64,000 bases of DNA, taken from Octopus vulgaris (taxonomy: Eukaryota). Position 1 is the stretch's first letter; each line of letters starts with the position of its first letter. Location of the stretch: assembly GCA_951406725.2 (NCBI GenBank), contig OX597819.1, forward strand, positions 66,030,001-66,094,000, read 5' to 3'. This document shows, piece after piece, positions 1 to 12,977 of this stretch. Under the pieces are notes generated by a model. That model was not told the origin of the DNA and ran no database searches. It was given only the letters and a program-made list of their open reading frames with translations. The position numbers and the translations under genes were made by a program.

Positions 1-509
1 CCACTACCAGTATAGGACTGTCTTCACTATCACCATTATCATCTCCATCTCCACCACCACCACCACCACCAAAATCATCTCCAAGACCAGCACCATTTTA
101 CCACCATCTCAGCTTTACAGTTTGACCTCTACAAAGAAATAGCAGCTAAGAATGTTCCTTAAATCAAATTCTGCTGTCTTGAAGGAACTCACACACACAC
201 ACACACACACATATACATTCAATATAATGTACCCTTAACTTCTCTTCTGGTTAACCTTTCTTTATAAAACACTGCCCTCCAGATAAAAAGAAATATTTAA
301 GAGCTTCTATAAATGTTAGTGCTTGTCTGGTTTATGAGCTGTCATTGAAACACTCCACCATTAAGTATAACATCACCACCTATACCACCACCACCACCAC
401 CACCACAATTTGTCATCAAAACATAAAATGGCAAACTAGTCACACAACTACCAAACAACCATGTTAAGGATCCTCTTGCAAGAAATAGCAGCCAAATCTC
501 TTTGAAATC

Positions 510-1015
510 AGGGTTGGCTGCGTGGTAAGAAGCTTGTTTCCCAACCACATGGTTCCAGGTTCAGTCTCACTGCATTGCACCTTGGGCAAATGTCTTCTAC
601 TGTAGCTTTGGGCCAACTATGTGTTTATGTAGATGTTTGTGTGTGTGTGTGTGTGTGTATATGTAGATGTGTGTGTGTATATGTAGATGTGTGTGTGTAT
701 ATGTAGATGTGTGTGTCTGTATGTAGATGTGTGTGTCTGTATGTAGATGTGTGTGTCTGTATGTAGATCTGTGTGTGTATGTAGATGTGTGTGTGTGTGT
801 GTGTATGTATATGTATGGGTTTGCGTCTGTGTTTGTATCCCCACCATCGCTTGACAACCAATGTTAGTGTGTGGACGCCCCCTCCCCGTAACTTAACAGC
901 TTGGCAAAAGTGACTGATAGAATAAGTACTAGGCTTACTAAGAACAGGTCCTGGGGTCGATTTGTTTGACTAAAGGTGGTACTTCAGCATGGCCACAGTC
1001 AAATGACTGGAGTAA
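510..1015 (+). mobile_element. tRNA-derived SINE family A (internal microsatellite)
   Basis: Head TGGCTGCGTGGTAAG...GGTTCAGTC, CORE-like CACCTTGGGCAA, internal (TG/TA)n, tail CAGCATGGCCACAGTCAAATGACTG. More than 20 copies in the window, e.g. 1418-1580, 4269-4587, 4968-5225(-), 5420-5800, 27821-28160, 31231-31612, 31727-32090(-), 32115-32500(-), 35450-35858(-), 40430-40680(-), 44280-44497(-), 48410-48560, 51190-51330(-). Confidence 0.85.
640..812. repeat. 20-bp minisatellite (ATGTAGATGTGTGTGT[GTAT/CTGT])n inside a SINE A copy
   Basis: Six consecutive 20-bp units visible at 661-780. Confidence 0.8.
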
Positions 1016-1280
1016 AGAACAAAAAAAGAATACCATCTAAGTAAAGTGGAAAAAAAAATCTCAGAGAAGGACATAATGGAATATGTAATCTTAATCATCA
1101 TCATTGTCACCACATTCCTTAATGTCATCATAGAGGCATGTGTCACTTAAGTTTTCTGAGGCAAATGACCCTTTGTGTTTTTTACAAACACTGCAATAAA
1201 AATCTGTGGGTGTCTATGTGTATCCATAAATGTCTGTGTTTGGAAAAATAGAAAACAATCTGTTATCTATCTATCCATCC

Positions 1281-1410
<130 letters not shown>

Positions 1411-2944
1411 GCTATATAGGCATAGGAGTGGGTGTGTGGTAAGTAACTTGCTTACAAACCACATGGTTCTGGGTTCAGTCCCACTGCGTGGCACCTTGAG
1501 GGACTGTCTTCTACTATAGCCTCGGGTCGACCAAAGCCTTGTGAGTGGATTTGGTCGGTGGAAACTGAAAGAAGCCCATCTCTCCAGACACAACAGTATA
1601 TATATATATTGTTGTATTTGGAGATGGTCATGTTGCCAGTTTAGCCTCTCTCTCTCTAATATATATATATATTAGCATACAAGCAAGAAAGTATATCTAT
1701 CTATATATAAAGTCAACATTTGTTTACCAAATTATCCTGATAACTCTATACGAAATTAATCCATTAAACATATTGATAAATCCTTAAGTAGTAATAATCA
1801 CTGTATTATAAAAGATGTGTTTTTTCAATAGAACTTGAGTAATTCAAATATAATACAAACAGCAAATAATTAATGTGGATTTAGTGCAAACCATTATATA
1901 TATCATACATTTCTTTATAATTATAAAGTTTATAATATATTCAGAGTACACTGTCTAATGTAATCCTTATTTATTCACATTGTTTTGGATTAATCATGCA
2001 TTATCTCATAGCTTTGTGAGTTTGATAATGTGATTGTTTATTTGTAGAATGACATTGTAGGGTAGGTGTGAGAGACCAGATCTGGCCAGTTTGAACATAA
2101 ACCAAGTAGAATATTTTTGCTAGATTATATAACTTGGCAATCATCCTTTTAACATGCCGTTTCTCTGGTTTTATGGATTGGGGTGTTTATAAAATGGTGT
2201 CACATTTGAAAAGCTAGTATTAGAATTAAACAAGAAATAAAGAAAAAATTAAATTAAGCTCTATCTCTACTACTACTACTACAATCATTGCCACTATGGC
2301 CTCCATCTTTACACTCATTGAGCCAATGAGGGAATATTTATGTTGGAGAAATGTCTGCCAAATTTCCCTTAAATTACATGCTGTCTTTAAAAAGAAAGAT
2401 GGCACATGAGATAATGTGGTTCAGGGTACATTATGCTTGAAAATTTGATGGGGTTTGACCCCCAAAGTATTTGTTATTCATTCTACATTACCAGCACTGT
2501 GTTTGAGATAAACATCAAGAGTGAAGAAGTCTAATTTGACCTGCTAGAAATAGCAATTAAGCTCCCGCGAATCATGCCTGCTGAGCATACAAAAAAGACA
2601 TCACATTAGATAGTGTACTCTTTAGTAGAATACGCCTGGAAATAAATGAGATTGCCATGGCTGGAATGCCTTTCATCAGAGTTGATCTGGTACTCAACAA
2701 TGACACTAACACTTCATCTACCTCCAACTTATTTCTACAAAATTGATCAAATACTTTAAAAATTGTCTTCTTGTGAGCTATTTCTACTACTCCATACTCC
2801 TCCTGTGCCAACACATTTTACAATGATCTCCCAATATTTTTTGTAGCATCTTCAATGTTTAATGACTAGTCTGCTTCTCGTCTGGTATGTTTATTTCCTA
2901 GTCTCCTTTTCATTTAGATTATTCATCATCTAGATATTTACTTT

Positions 2945-3530
2945 ACATTTAGTTCATTTGATTTGTTCATCATGCAGTCTGTTCATCACCTTGTCTGTTC
3001 ATCATTCATGTTCATCATCCATGTCTCTTCATCATTCATATCTGTTCATCATCCATGTATGTTCTTTGCCCATGTCTGGTCATTGCCCGTGTCCGTTCAT
3101 TGCCCGTGTCCGTTCATTGCCCGTGTCCGTTCATTGCCCGTGTCCGTTCATTGCCCGTGCCCGTTCATTGCCAGTGTCCGTTCACTGCTTATGTCTGTTC
3201 ATCATCCATACTTGTTCACTTGCCATGTCTGTTCACTCTCCATGCCTGTTCACCATCTGGTCTGTTTATTATCTTTTCCTCAGTCATTTGTGTCCTTTCA
3301 CCACATTTACCTTTTCACTATCTATTCTCTATCTGTATCCGTTCTCTGTCTATGTCTGTTTACTGTCTGTGTCTATTTACCGACCATATATGTTCATTGC
3401 CCAGTCTGATCGTTGTTTAGTCTTTTTTCCTTACAAGTCTGTTCACCACCTCGTCAGCTTAAATCTAAAGAATTCTCTCTCTAGCCTATTTAACATATGT
3501 TCACGATGTGTCCTGTTCACCATTTAGTCT
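2945..3530. repeat. 17-bp minisatellite (CATTGCCCGTGTCCGTT)n with degenerate flanks
   Basis: About 6 near-perfect units at 3081-3188, with decayed units on both sides. Confidence 0.85.
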
Positions 3531-3891
3531 GTTTCTCATGTATGGAAGGATCATTGCCTGTACGACCTTTTTATGGCTTAACTTTTCATTGCGTTACTTG
3601 CTTTTGATAAAGGCTTGTCTACTTCACATTATAAGTTTTTAAATTTTATATTATTGAAACAGGAAGTGTGTGTGTGTGTCTGTGTGTGTGTGTGTGTCAG
3701 AGGGAGAAAGAGAGAAAGTATCAGTTTGTCTATGTCTCTTTCTGTGAGGCTATATGTCACAACATATCTTTATATTTGTCTCTATCTAGGCCTATGTCTG
3801 TATCTATGATCTATATCAGTCTCAGTATGTAATAGTATGTATATGCTTTATGTACTTGGGTACATTGTCAGTGTCTGTTTGAGGTAGCACC

Positions 3892-3926
<35 letters not shown>

Positions 3927-5036
3927 GCTTGTCTGAGTGGGTTTTTTTTTTTTTGTATAAATTCTCTGTTAAGTGTTTTCTGAACAAGCTCCTTTGATTT
4001 TGCTTTTTATGTGATGGCCTGAAGTATTGAGATAAGATAGATGTCCTGCTAGATCAGATACTCAGAATGAATTCCATTATTAGAGGTAAAAGCATTCCAT
4101 GATAAGTTGCTAGCGTTTTTGCCATTCTACTAAGAGTGAGGTGAGTGAAATCAAAAAGGTGTTGCTATCAATTCAAGAATAATTTTAATCTATTTTAACC
4201 AAAAACAGCTTACAAAAGAAAACCGTAATATAGTATACCGTTGTGCGTTTTTATACATATGTATATATAGGTGCAGGAGTGGTTGTGTGGTAAGTAGCTT
4301 GCTTACCAACCACATGGTTCTGGGCTCAGTCCCAATGCATGGCACCTTGAGCAAATGTCTTCTACTGTGGCCTCAGGACAACCAAAGCCTTGGTAGAGGG
4401 AAATTTAAAGAAGCCTGTCATATATATATATATATGTTTGTGTGTCTGTGTTTGTCCCCACAACATTGCTTGACAGCCGTAACTTACCGGGTCAGCAAAA
4501 GCGACCGATAGAGTAAGTACTAGGTTTACAAAGAATAAGTCCTAGGGTCGATTTCTTCGACTAAAGCTAGTGCTACAGCATGGCCACATGGGTGGGATGG
4601 TTAGACTGAGAACAGGCAAGCAAGGCTCCAATCTGATTTGGCAAGGTTTCTACAACTGGCTGCCCTTCCTAATGCTAACCACTCCAAGAGTGTAGTGGGT
4701 GCATTTATGTGCCACCAGCACATGAGCCAGTCAGGTGGCACTAGCATCAGCCATGCTTGAATGGTGTTTTTTATGTGCCGCTGGCACAGTTGCCAGTCAG
4801 GCAGTACTAGCATTGGCTATGCTTTAATGGTGCATTTTATGCGCCACCAGAAGGGGTGCCAGTCAGGTGGTACTGGCATTGGCCACAACTACGATTTCAC
4901 TTGGTACAACAGGTCTTCACAAGCAGGACATATTGCCCAACAATTGTAGGGTATCTTTCAATGGGTCAGTTATGGGGACGTAAACACACCACCATCGGTT
5001 GTCAAGCAATGTTGGGGGACACACACACACAAACAT

Positions 5037-5071
<35 letters not shown>

Positions 5072-5561
5072 CACACACGATGGGCTTCTTTCATTTTCAG
5101 TCTACCAAATCCACTCACAAGGCTTTGCTCGGACCAAGGCCATAGTAGAAGACACTTGCCCAAGTTGCCACACAGTGGGACTGAACACAGAACCATGTGG
5201 TTGGGAAGCAAGCTACTTACCACGCTGTAATATTCATTTTCGATCGGCTCTGTTATCAACCATGGGGAGATATTACAACCCTATGAAATTGGTAAGGATT
5301 GCTGACAGGAAAGACATTTTACAATAGAAAAATTTGCCCCACAAGGTCTTTCTGACTCGTACAAGTAGAGAAAAATGGATGATAAAACAATGGTGATATC
5401 TATCTATCTATATATATATATAAGTAGCTTGCTTACCAACCATATGGTTCTGGGTTGAGTCCCACTGCATGGCACCTTGGGCAAGTGTTTTCTACTATAG
5501 TCTCGGGCCAACCAAATCCTTATGAGTGGATTTGGTAGACGGAAACTGAAAGAAGCCTGTC

Positions 5562-5597
<36 letters not shown>

Positions 5598-5798
5598 CTG
5601 TGTTTGTGTCTGTGTTTGTCTCCCCACCATCGCTTGAGAACTGATGTTGGTTTGTTCACATCCCCATAACTTAGCAGTTCGGCAAAGATACTGATAAAAT
5701 AAGTACTGGGCATACAAAGAATAAGTCCTGGGGTCAATTTGTTCAACAAAAGGCGATGCTCCAGCATGGTGGCAGTCAAATGACTGGAACAAATAAAA

Positions 5799-5848
<50 letters not shown>

Positions 5849-7569
5849 GTGGTTGTCTTGTGTGTGTTTAAGATTAACTAAGAAATACATAAGCCATCTA
5901 AGAATTAGTTTTAAGCTTTAAAACCAATAATGTTTGTCATTGAGACTAGACATAATTTATCAAACTGACAGGAATTTCTTTGTGAAGTCTTCATCAGCAT
6001 CCCCTGGGAACCGGTGCTGTGAGTGGGCAGTATAGTTATTAGCTTGTATCAATTCCCTTGTTGTGTAATTATGTTATCTCCCTTTGTCTTCCGAGTTTGT
6101 ATTCCACTGTGGTTTACATCATTCACTTGGTTGCTGTTATGTTTTTTCTTATTTCTTACTTAACCCCGGGTCAGTCTTGATTGAACGCATCTATGATCAA
6201 AGGCATTGCAGCTGTGATTGTCTTGTCATATTCATTTCAAAATTTGGCACGAAGTTTCAGGTATGGTGGAGTAAGTTGATTACATTGACCCTAGTGTATC
6301 ACTAGTACTTATTTTATCGAACCCCACTACTAAACAAAAAGTTATGAAAGGCAAAGTCGGCCTCGGCAGAATTTAAACTATGTACATAAAGGTGCACAAA
6401 ATGCCCCCATAAGCATTTTCAATGGTGTTCTAACGATTCTGTCAGATCACCACTTTCGATTATCTTGTCGCTGTATTTAACACAGAAATATGGGTTTTCA
6501 AAGAAATTTAGCTGTTATTTCTAGCCAGTTGAGATGCGTTAGTTTCTAACTTTCCCTTTCATCTCACTGATTTTAGGAATTAATTGTATTCTTTATCACC
6601 AAAATTTGTGGCTTGAGCCAATCATCTGATTATGAAGTTCATTTCACAACCATGTGTTTTCAAGTTAGAAGCAACTATTTTTATTATTAGGAATTATTAT
6701 AAGGTGATGTTAGAATACTAGGCAAGATGCTTAGCAGAGTTTCGTCCTTCAGTGTTCAAATTCCACTGAGATCAACTTAGTTGGTTTTTGGCGGGGCTGA
6801 TAAAATTTTCCTCATTTAATGTTCATCTTCCATGCTGGCATAGGTTGGAAATATGTGCTAGTTGTTTTAGTTTTCGTATTTTCCTGTGGTGTTCTCTGTC
6901 TATTGTTTTAACATCATCCTACTAACAAGATGACATATATCCATCAAATGTAAATAATGTACATAATTCCTCATCTCTCAAATACAGAACTGAACTACTG
7001 TTGATGTGTTTATATCTCTTTAAATTTAAAGCAAAGGTTGCGGTTGAAAACAGTAAATAAAAGTCAAGCAGAGAGGATTAATGTAAGGCACTATAAACCT
7101 TCGCTACAGATGTGTGCTTGTTAAGAAACTATTGTGTTCCTTGCCTTTAGTTATTGTTTATAGGGATCAAAACCCTTGAAAAAAATGGTGTGAGTCTAAA
7201 AATATAATCAATGATAAGGTCAGCTAAAGACTATTTTTTTTCTTCACTTTTTCTGCTTAAGAAAGGTTACCAAAATATTGATAAGAGTGTGCGGGGGGGG
7301 TCTTGTGAAGGTATGAGGGTTACTAAAACTGCTTACATTCCCACCATGGTATTTGTCCATCCTACTCCTTCACCTACACACATACACTAACATACACACA
7401 CACTCACACATGTGCATATACACTTGCCTACCTTGTTTTTGAGTGCTTCCAGCCAAAGAAATGTCCTCAATTCACAGTGTGAATCTCTGCTAGTCAACCA
7501 GATGTCGAGTATATATCATCCGGAATATGTGACTGTGTATGTTTATAATGTAATTTACGTGTGTGTGTG

Positions 7570-7600
<31 letters not shown>

Positions 7601-8284
7601 ATGTGTACAGGTATGGCTTTGTACTAATGTATATTTAGAGATGTATGCTTAGTGATAATTATTATCTCTGCCTTAGAGAAGCAAATTACCTTGTGGTATT
7701 TAATTATAATCCTTTACATTTTGTGTTCAAATCCTTCCAAAGTACCTGTCAAGTACTGGTACTTAAAATAAACTATTACCCTTTCTGTTTACTAAATTCT
7801 TGTTTTATTCCTATGTAGTTAATAATAATAATAATAATGATAATCATAATAATTCTTTCTAATTTTGCCTGAAGGCCAGCAATTTCAAGAGATGGAACAA
7901 CTTGGTTACATTGACCCTAATGCTTAGCTGGTACTTATTTTTATTGACCCTGAATGCTTGACTGGTACCTGTGCTGCCAGTTGCATGTAAAAAGCACCAT
8001 TCAAGCATGGCCAAGGTCTGTGCCACCTGAGTGGCACCCATACCAGTGGCATATAAAAAATATAAAAAGCACCATTTGATGCCATTGTCGCCTGAGTGGC
8101 TCCTGTAACGGTGCCACATAAAAGCTCTCGCTACACTCTTGGAATGGTTGACTTTAAGAAGGGCATCAAGCTGTAGAAACTTTGCCAAATCAGATTGGAG
8201 CTTGGTACAGTCTCCCGGTTTGCCATTTCTCAGTCAAACCATTCCACCCATGCCAGCATGGAAAGCGGACATTAGATGATGATG

Positions 8285-8826
8285 AAGGCTAAAGTTGGTC
8301 TCGGATGAATTTGAACTCTGAATATGGAGACGGACAAAATACTGTTAAGCATTTTACCTGGCACACTAACAATTTTGCCAGCTCACCAACTCATAACTAA
8401 TTGATTATCCTTTCTTATATAGATACAGGGCCTGAAATTTTAGGAGAGGAGTTAAGCTGGTTATTTCAGCCCCCACTGCTCAACTGGTACTTCTTTTATT
8501 GAAAAGCAAAGTCAACCTTAGCTTAGTTTGAACTCAGAACATAAAGACAGATGAAATACCGCTAAGCATTTCACTCGGCGTGCTAACGTTTCTGCCAGCT
8601 CGCCGCCTTAAAATATTCTTTTCTACTCTAGGTACAAGGCCCGAAATTTTGGGGTAGGCAGCCAGTCAATTAGATCAACCTCAGTATGCAACTGGGACTT
8701 TATTGATCCCCACCCCAAGGATGAAAGTCAACCTTGGCGGGATTTGAATTCGGAATGTAAAAACAGACGAAATACCACTAAGCATTTTACCCTGTGTGCT
8801 AACGATTCTGCTATCTCACTGCCTTC
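8285..8826 (-). mobile_element. three tandem SINE family C copies
   Basis: Units at ~8285-8390 (partial), 8405-8610 and 8615-8826, all in the same orientation. Confidence 0.8.
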
Positions 8827-9336
8827 TTAATAGTAATAATAATCAGTCATCATTATCATCATACGTCCATTGTCCATGCTGGCATAGGTTGGACGGTTTG
8901 ACCACGGCTGGCAAGCTGGAAGGCTGCACCAGACTCCAGTCTGATTTAGCATGGTTTTATACAGATGGATGTCCTTCCTAATGCCAGCAACTCCAAGGGC
9001 GTAATGGCTGCTGTTATTTGCCACCGGCACGGATGCCATTTGCGTGACAGCGGTATCTACTACAACTGCGATTTTACATGGGTTGATGGGTCTTCTTCTC
9101 AAGCATGGCATAATGTCAAATGGATTCAGTCATTGCCTTTGTGAGGCCCAACACTCGAAGCCTGGCATAATGCCAAATTGTCTCAGTCCAGACAAAAGCT
9201 AGTCAGAATTGAATTTGATGCTTGTATCTTCAATCACTGGTAAATAAATTCTAGTGTTAATCTGAGGTTGGCTTATTCTGTTGTAATTCTATCATGCAAA
9301 ACTGCAGTAATACACTAATGTATGACTTATTTTTTA

Positions 9337-9787
9337 TTAACCCTTTCGTTACTGTATTTATTTGGAGATGCTCTGTCTGTCTTTCAATTACTTTAACCCT
9401 TTTATTAGCAATCCTGCTGAGATCAGCTCTGGCTCTGAGTATAAATGTCTTATTTTCATAAGTTTTGAATTAAAATCTTCCACCAAACCTTAGTCATAGT
9501 TTATGTTCCTAACACTAGCTGAATGATAACTAAGTTATTTTCCTAAATTCTTTGTTATATTAACCCTTTCATTACTGTATATAGTTTGAGATACTCTGTG
9601 TTTCTTTCAATTACTTTAAATATAACAAAGAATTTAGTAAAATAACTTAGTTATCATTACGCTAGTGTTAGGAACATAAATTGTGACTAAGGTTTAGTGG
9701 AAGATTTTAATTCAAAACTTATGAAAATAAGACATTTGTACTCAGAGCCAGAGCCGGTTTCAGCCAGGTTGGTAATGAAAGGGCTAA
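9337..9787. mobile_element. nested TTAA-CCC (piggyBac-like) MITE copies forming a large inverted repeat
   Basis: TTAACCCT starts at 9337, 9393 and 9560; AGGGCTAA end at 9787. Segment 9393-9561 is the reverse complement of 9619-9787. Confidence 0.75.
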
Positions 9788-10860
9788 GGTGATAGAGCAG
9801 CAAAGACAGTGGAGTATCAGTGATGACAATGGAGAATTATGTTCAATGTTTCTTACTAAATTAGGGTTATGAAATACAGAGTATACTTAATTGAAATTAA
9901 GATACAAATCATCATTTAACGTCTGTTGTCCATGCTGGCATGGGTTGGATAGTTTGACTGAGGACTGGCAAGCCAGGAGGCTGCACCAGACTCCAATCTG
10001 ATCTGGTAAGATTTCTACAGCTGGATTTCCTTCCTAATGCCAACCACTTGGAGAGTGTAGTGGGTGCCTTTTACATTCCACAGGCATGAGAGCCAGTCAG
10101 GTGACACTGGTATCGACCACACTCATATGGTACTTTTTATGTACCACTGGCATGGCAGTGAGTCAGGCGGCACTGTCATTAACCCCACTCGAATGGTGCT
10201 TCTTACATGCCACCAACATGGGAGCCAGTCAGGTGACACTGGTATCGACCATGCTTATATGGGCTTTTTACATGCCACCAGCACAGGAGCCAGTATAAAT
10301 ATTTCATTCTAGCAAACGTTTCACCATTGCTGCTTACGGGTACTCAACGCTGGATGTTTCAAGAGCATTTGAATGTTTTACTACAAGAGATCCTTAGGGT
10401 TAAACTTTGTTTTCTGTTACAGAGAGCAAATGTTTGATCTTAATTTTCATTTCAGTTGGCCCTCATTTGGTTACGGCAATGAGGGTTCCTGTTGATTCAA
10501 TCAACAGAATAACCTGCTCATGAAATTAATATGCTAGTGGCTGAGTACATCTTAAATGCACACATCCTTAACATAGTTCTGAGGGAGATTCAGTGTGACA
10601 CAGAATGGGACTAGGCTGGTCCCTTTAAATTACAGGTACAACTCATTTTTGACAGCTGGACTGGAAATATATGAAATAAAGTGTTTTGCTCAAGGAAACA
10701 TGAGGTCCGGAATTGAACTCATGACCTTAGAATCAAGAGCCAAATACCCTAACCACTATGCTGCACATCTTCACATACACACATATAGAATTAAAATGCA
10801 AACACAGTATTGTAACAATTTTAGGTTAGAAAGGTAAAAAACAAGATATTCATTACTGAA

Positions 10861-10923
<63 letters not shown>

Positions 10924-10999
10924 GTATGTACAAACACACTCGTACATCCTATAGAATTCTGTGATCTTGTACCAAAATTATTATTATTATTATTATTAC

Positions 11000-11032
<33 letters not shown>

Positions 11033-11411
11033 AGCAGTAGAAAGCAAAACAGATGGCATATGAAGTCCACATGTTGTAGTCTTTATTTTGATTCTCTGTA
11101 CTTTCTCAAGTATCTTCACATCAAACTGAGACTCCCAAGACTTTTCTTGTTGCTTTTGTGCTTCATGAACTCTTCATATCCTTTGTGTGTTTGTGTATGT
11201 CACTTTTAGAGAAACCCCCCTGGGTTAATAAGATCCCAGCAAAACACTGGGGTCAATGCCATTGCTTAATTCCCTCCCCTCAAAATTCTTGGCCTTCTGC
11301 CTTAACCAGAAATCATCATCATCATCATCATCATTATTATTATTATTATTGTTATTATTATTATTATGATGATCATTCTTCTTCTTCTTCTATTATTATT
11401 ATTATTATGCT

Positions 11412-11628
11412 AAGGCAGTGAAATGGCAGAATCATTAGCATGTCAGACAAAGTACTTAGCAGTAATTCGCTCATCTTACTGTTCTGAGTTCAAATTCAGC
11501 TGAGATCAACTTTGCCTTTCATCCTTTAGGGGGTCGATAAATTAAGTACCAGTGAAATAGTGGGGTCGATGTGATCGACTAGTCCCCTCCCCCAAAATTT
11601 CAGGCCTTGTGCTTATAGTAGAAGGTAT
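11412..11628 (+). mobile_element. tRNA-derived SINE family C (~215 bp)
   Basis: TGGCAGAATCATTAGC...GAGTTCAAATTC...GCCTTTCATCCTTT..GGGGTCGATAAATTAAGTACCAG...CCCCAAAATTTCAGGCCTTGTG. Other copies at 6240-6455(-), 26925-27130(-) and 50985-51060(-). Confidence 0.85.
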
Positions 11629-11690
11629 TATTATTGTTGTTGTTATTAATATTATTGTTATTATTGTTATTATTATTGTTATTATTATTG

Positions 11691-11780
11691 TGCTAACATA
11701 CTTTCTTTTTTTTCTTTTCGTTTAGGTAAGTACCATCTTTATTGAGGTTTGAAGTTAACATGCTTGCTTTATTGGTAAGA
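11691..11780 (+). promoter_or_regulatory. candidate recursive splice site (ratchet point) with a 49-nt cryptic RS-exon (11726-11774)
   Basis: TGCTAAC branch point (11691-97), 20-nt polypyrimidine tract, TTTAG|GTAAGT (AG 11724-25, GT 11726-27), and a second donor TTG|GTAAGA at 11775. Confidence 0.6.
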
Positions 11781-12454
11781 TATACATTTCCTCTTACATA
11801 TTTTGCCATTTGATATGGCTGTATGAAAAAAAATTAGAGAAAGCACTGCAATAATGAAATAAAGAAATGAATTATATCTGTATGTACATACAATGGAAAC
11901 TGCTGACAATAATGAGGAATAATGTTATTGATGTTCGCCAGACCTAAATGCTTTACTTAAAACGTTTAACCCATTGCCTGCCATGAGCCCCATTTGGGGA
12001 TCCACTAAAGACAGTCTCATTGCTAGTTGTTCGTTGTATTTAAAGTGAATTGCTTATGCACATTGCATTTACAGAGGTGTGTTTAACAATATTTAACACT
12101 TAAAGTTTGTCATTATTAGCTCTGGTTAATTCTAGAGGACATTTTTATGTCATAAATCGCAATTTTTGAAATACAAAAATATTGACTGTTTCGAAAACGT
12201 CTTTTTTTTTTCCTTTTTCTATCTATATCATTTCACGTCTATATCATTTCCTATCTATATCTATTTCATACACATTTGCATTTTATACAATAGTTTCAAA
12301 TAAACTAAAATGTTTATTATTGGAATTGAATAGAAAAAGATAAATATACTTTTATTCAGTGATCACCATTTGGGACTTTTCCAAATATTTATCATAATTT
12401 CCACTATAATTCACATATGAAGAAAATTTAAATAGTATATATATTAAACAGTTC

Positions 12455-12977
12455 TACGGGCGTATGGTGTAGTGGCTAAGAGTGCAGGATACCAACTGCA
12501 AGATTCCGAGTTCGATTCCAGGCAGTGACCTGAATAATAATAATAATATCGAAAAATACCTTAGGAATGAGAACCCAGGTTCAAAATTTCCCCCAAGACA
12601 CATGATGAAGGCTGGAAGGTATATCAGCTGAAACGTTGTTAACAAGAAACAAAATGAGGACAATAATAAATCTTAGAGCGAGTTATAAACAGTAGCTGCA
12701 ACACATCATGACGTATATTTGCCATTTAAATATGGCTAACCCCTAAGGGTGGATGCTACTGTAGTTTGTAGCCACAGGAGGACATCTCCTCCAGCTTTCT
12801 ATAGACTTCCCTTTGCAAATACTGATAGGGCACAGAAAGTGTGTCTATAGCCAGCTGGAGGAGATGTCCTCCTGGGGCTACAAACTACAGTAGCATCCAC
12901 CCTTAGGGGTTAGCCATATTCAAATGGCAAATATCCGTCAAAATGAGGACAAATATCCGTCAATTGTAAGTAATGTA
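12455..12977 (+). mobile_element. tRNA-headed, hammerhead-bearing SINE-like element, copy 1 (interrupted by foldback element)
   Basis: Box A TGGTGTAGTGG, box B GAGTTCGATTCC, (AAT)n linker, then GACAC-ATGATGA-AGGCTG...CAGCT-GAAACGTT (degenerate core). Confidence 0.8.
12709..12940. mobile_element. foldback/MITE-like element with 98-bp inverted arms, inserted in a SINE
   Basis: 12709-12806 is the reverse complement of 12843-12940 (about 5 mismatches), with a 36-bp spacer. Confidence 0.85.

Noticed and set aside
3081-3188. CRISPR-like array or Cys/His-rich protein (ORFs 2958-3527 and 47122-47946)
   Set aside because: Contiguous tandem units without unique spacers, eukaryotic context and no cas genes. 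The ORFs are open in several frames because of the repeat.
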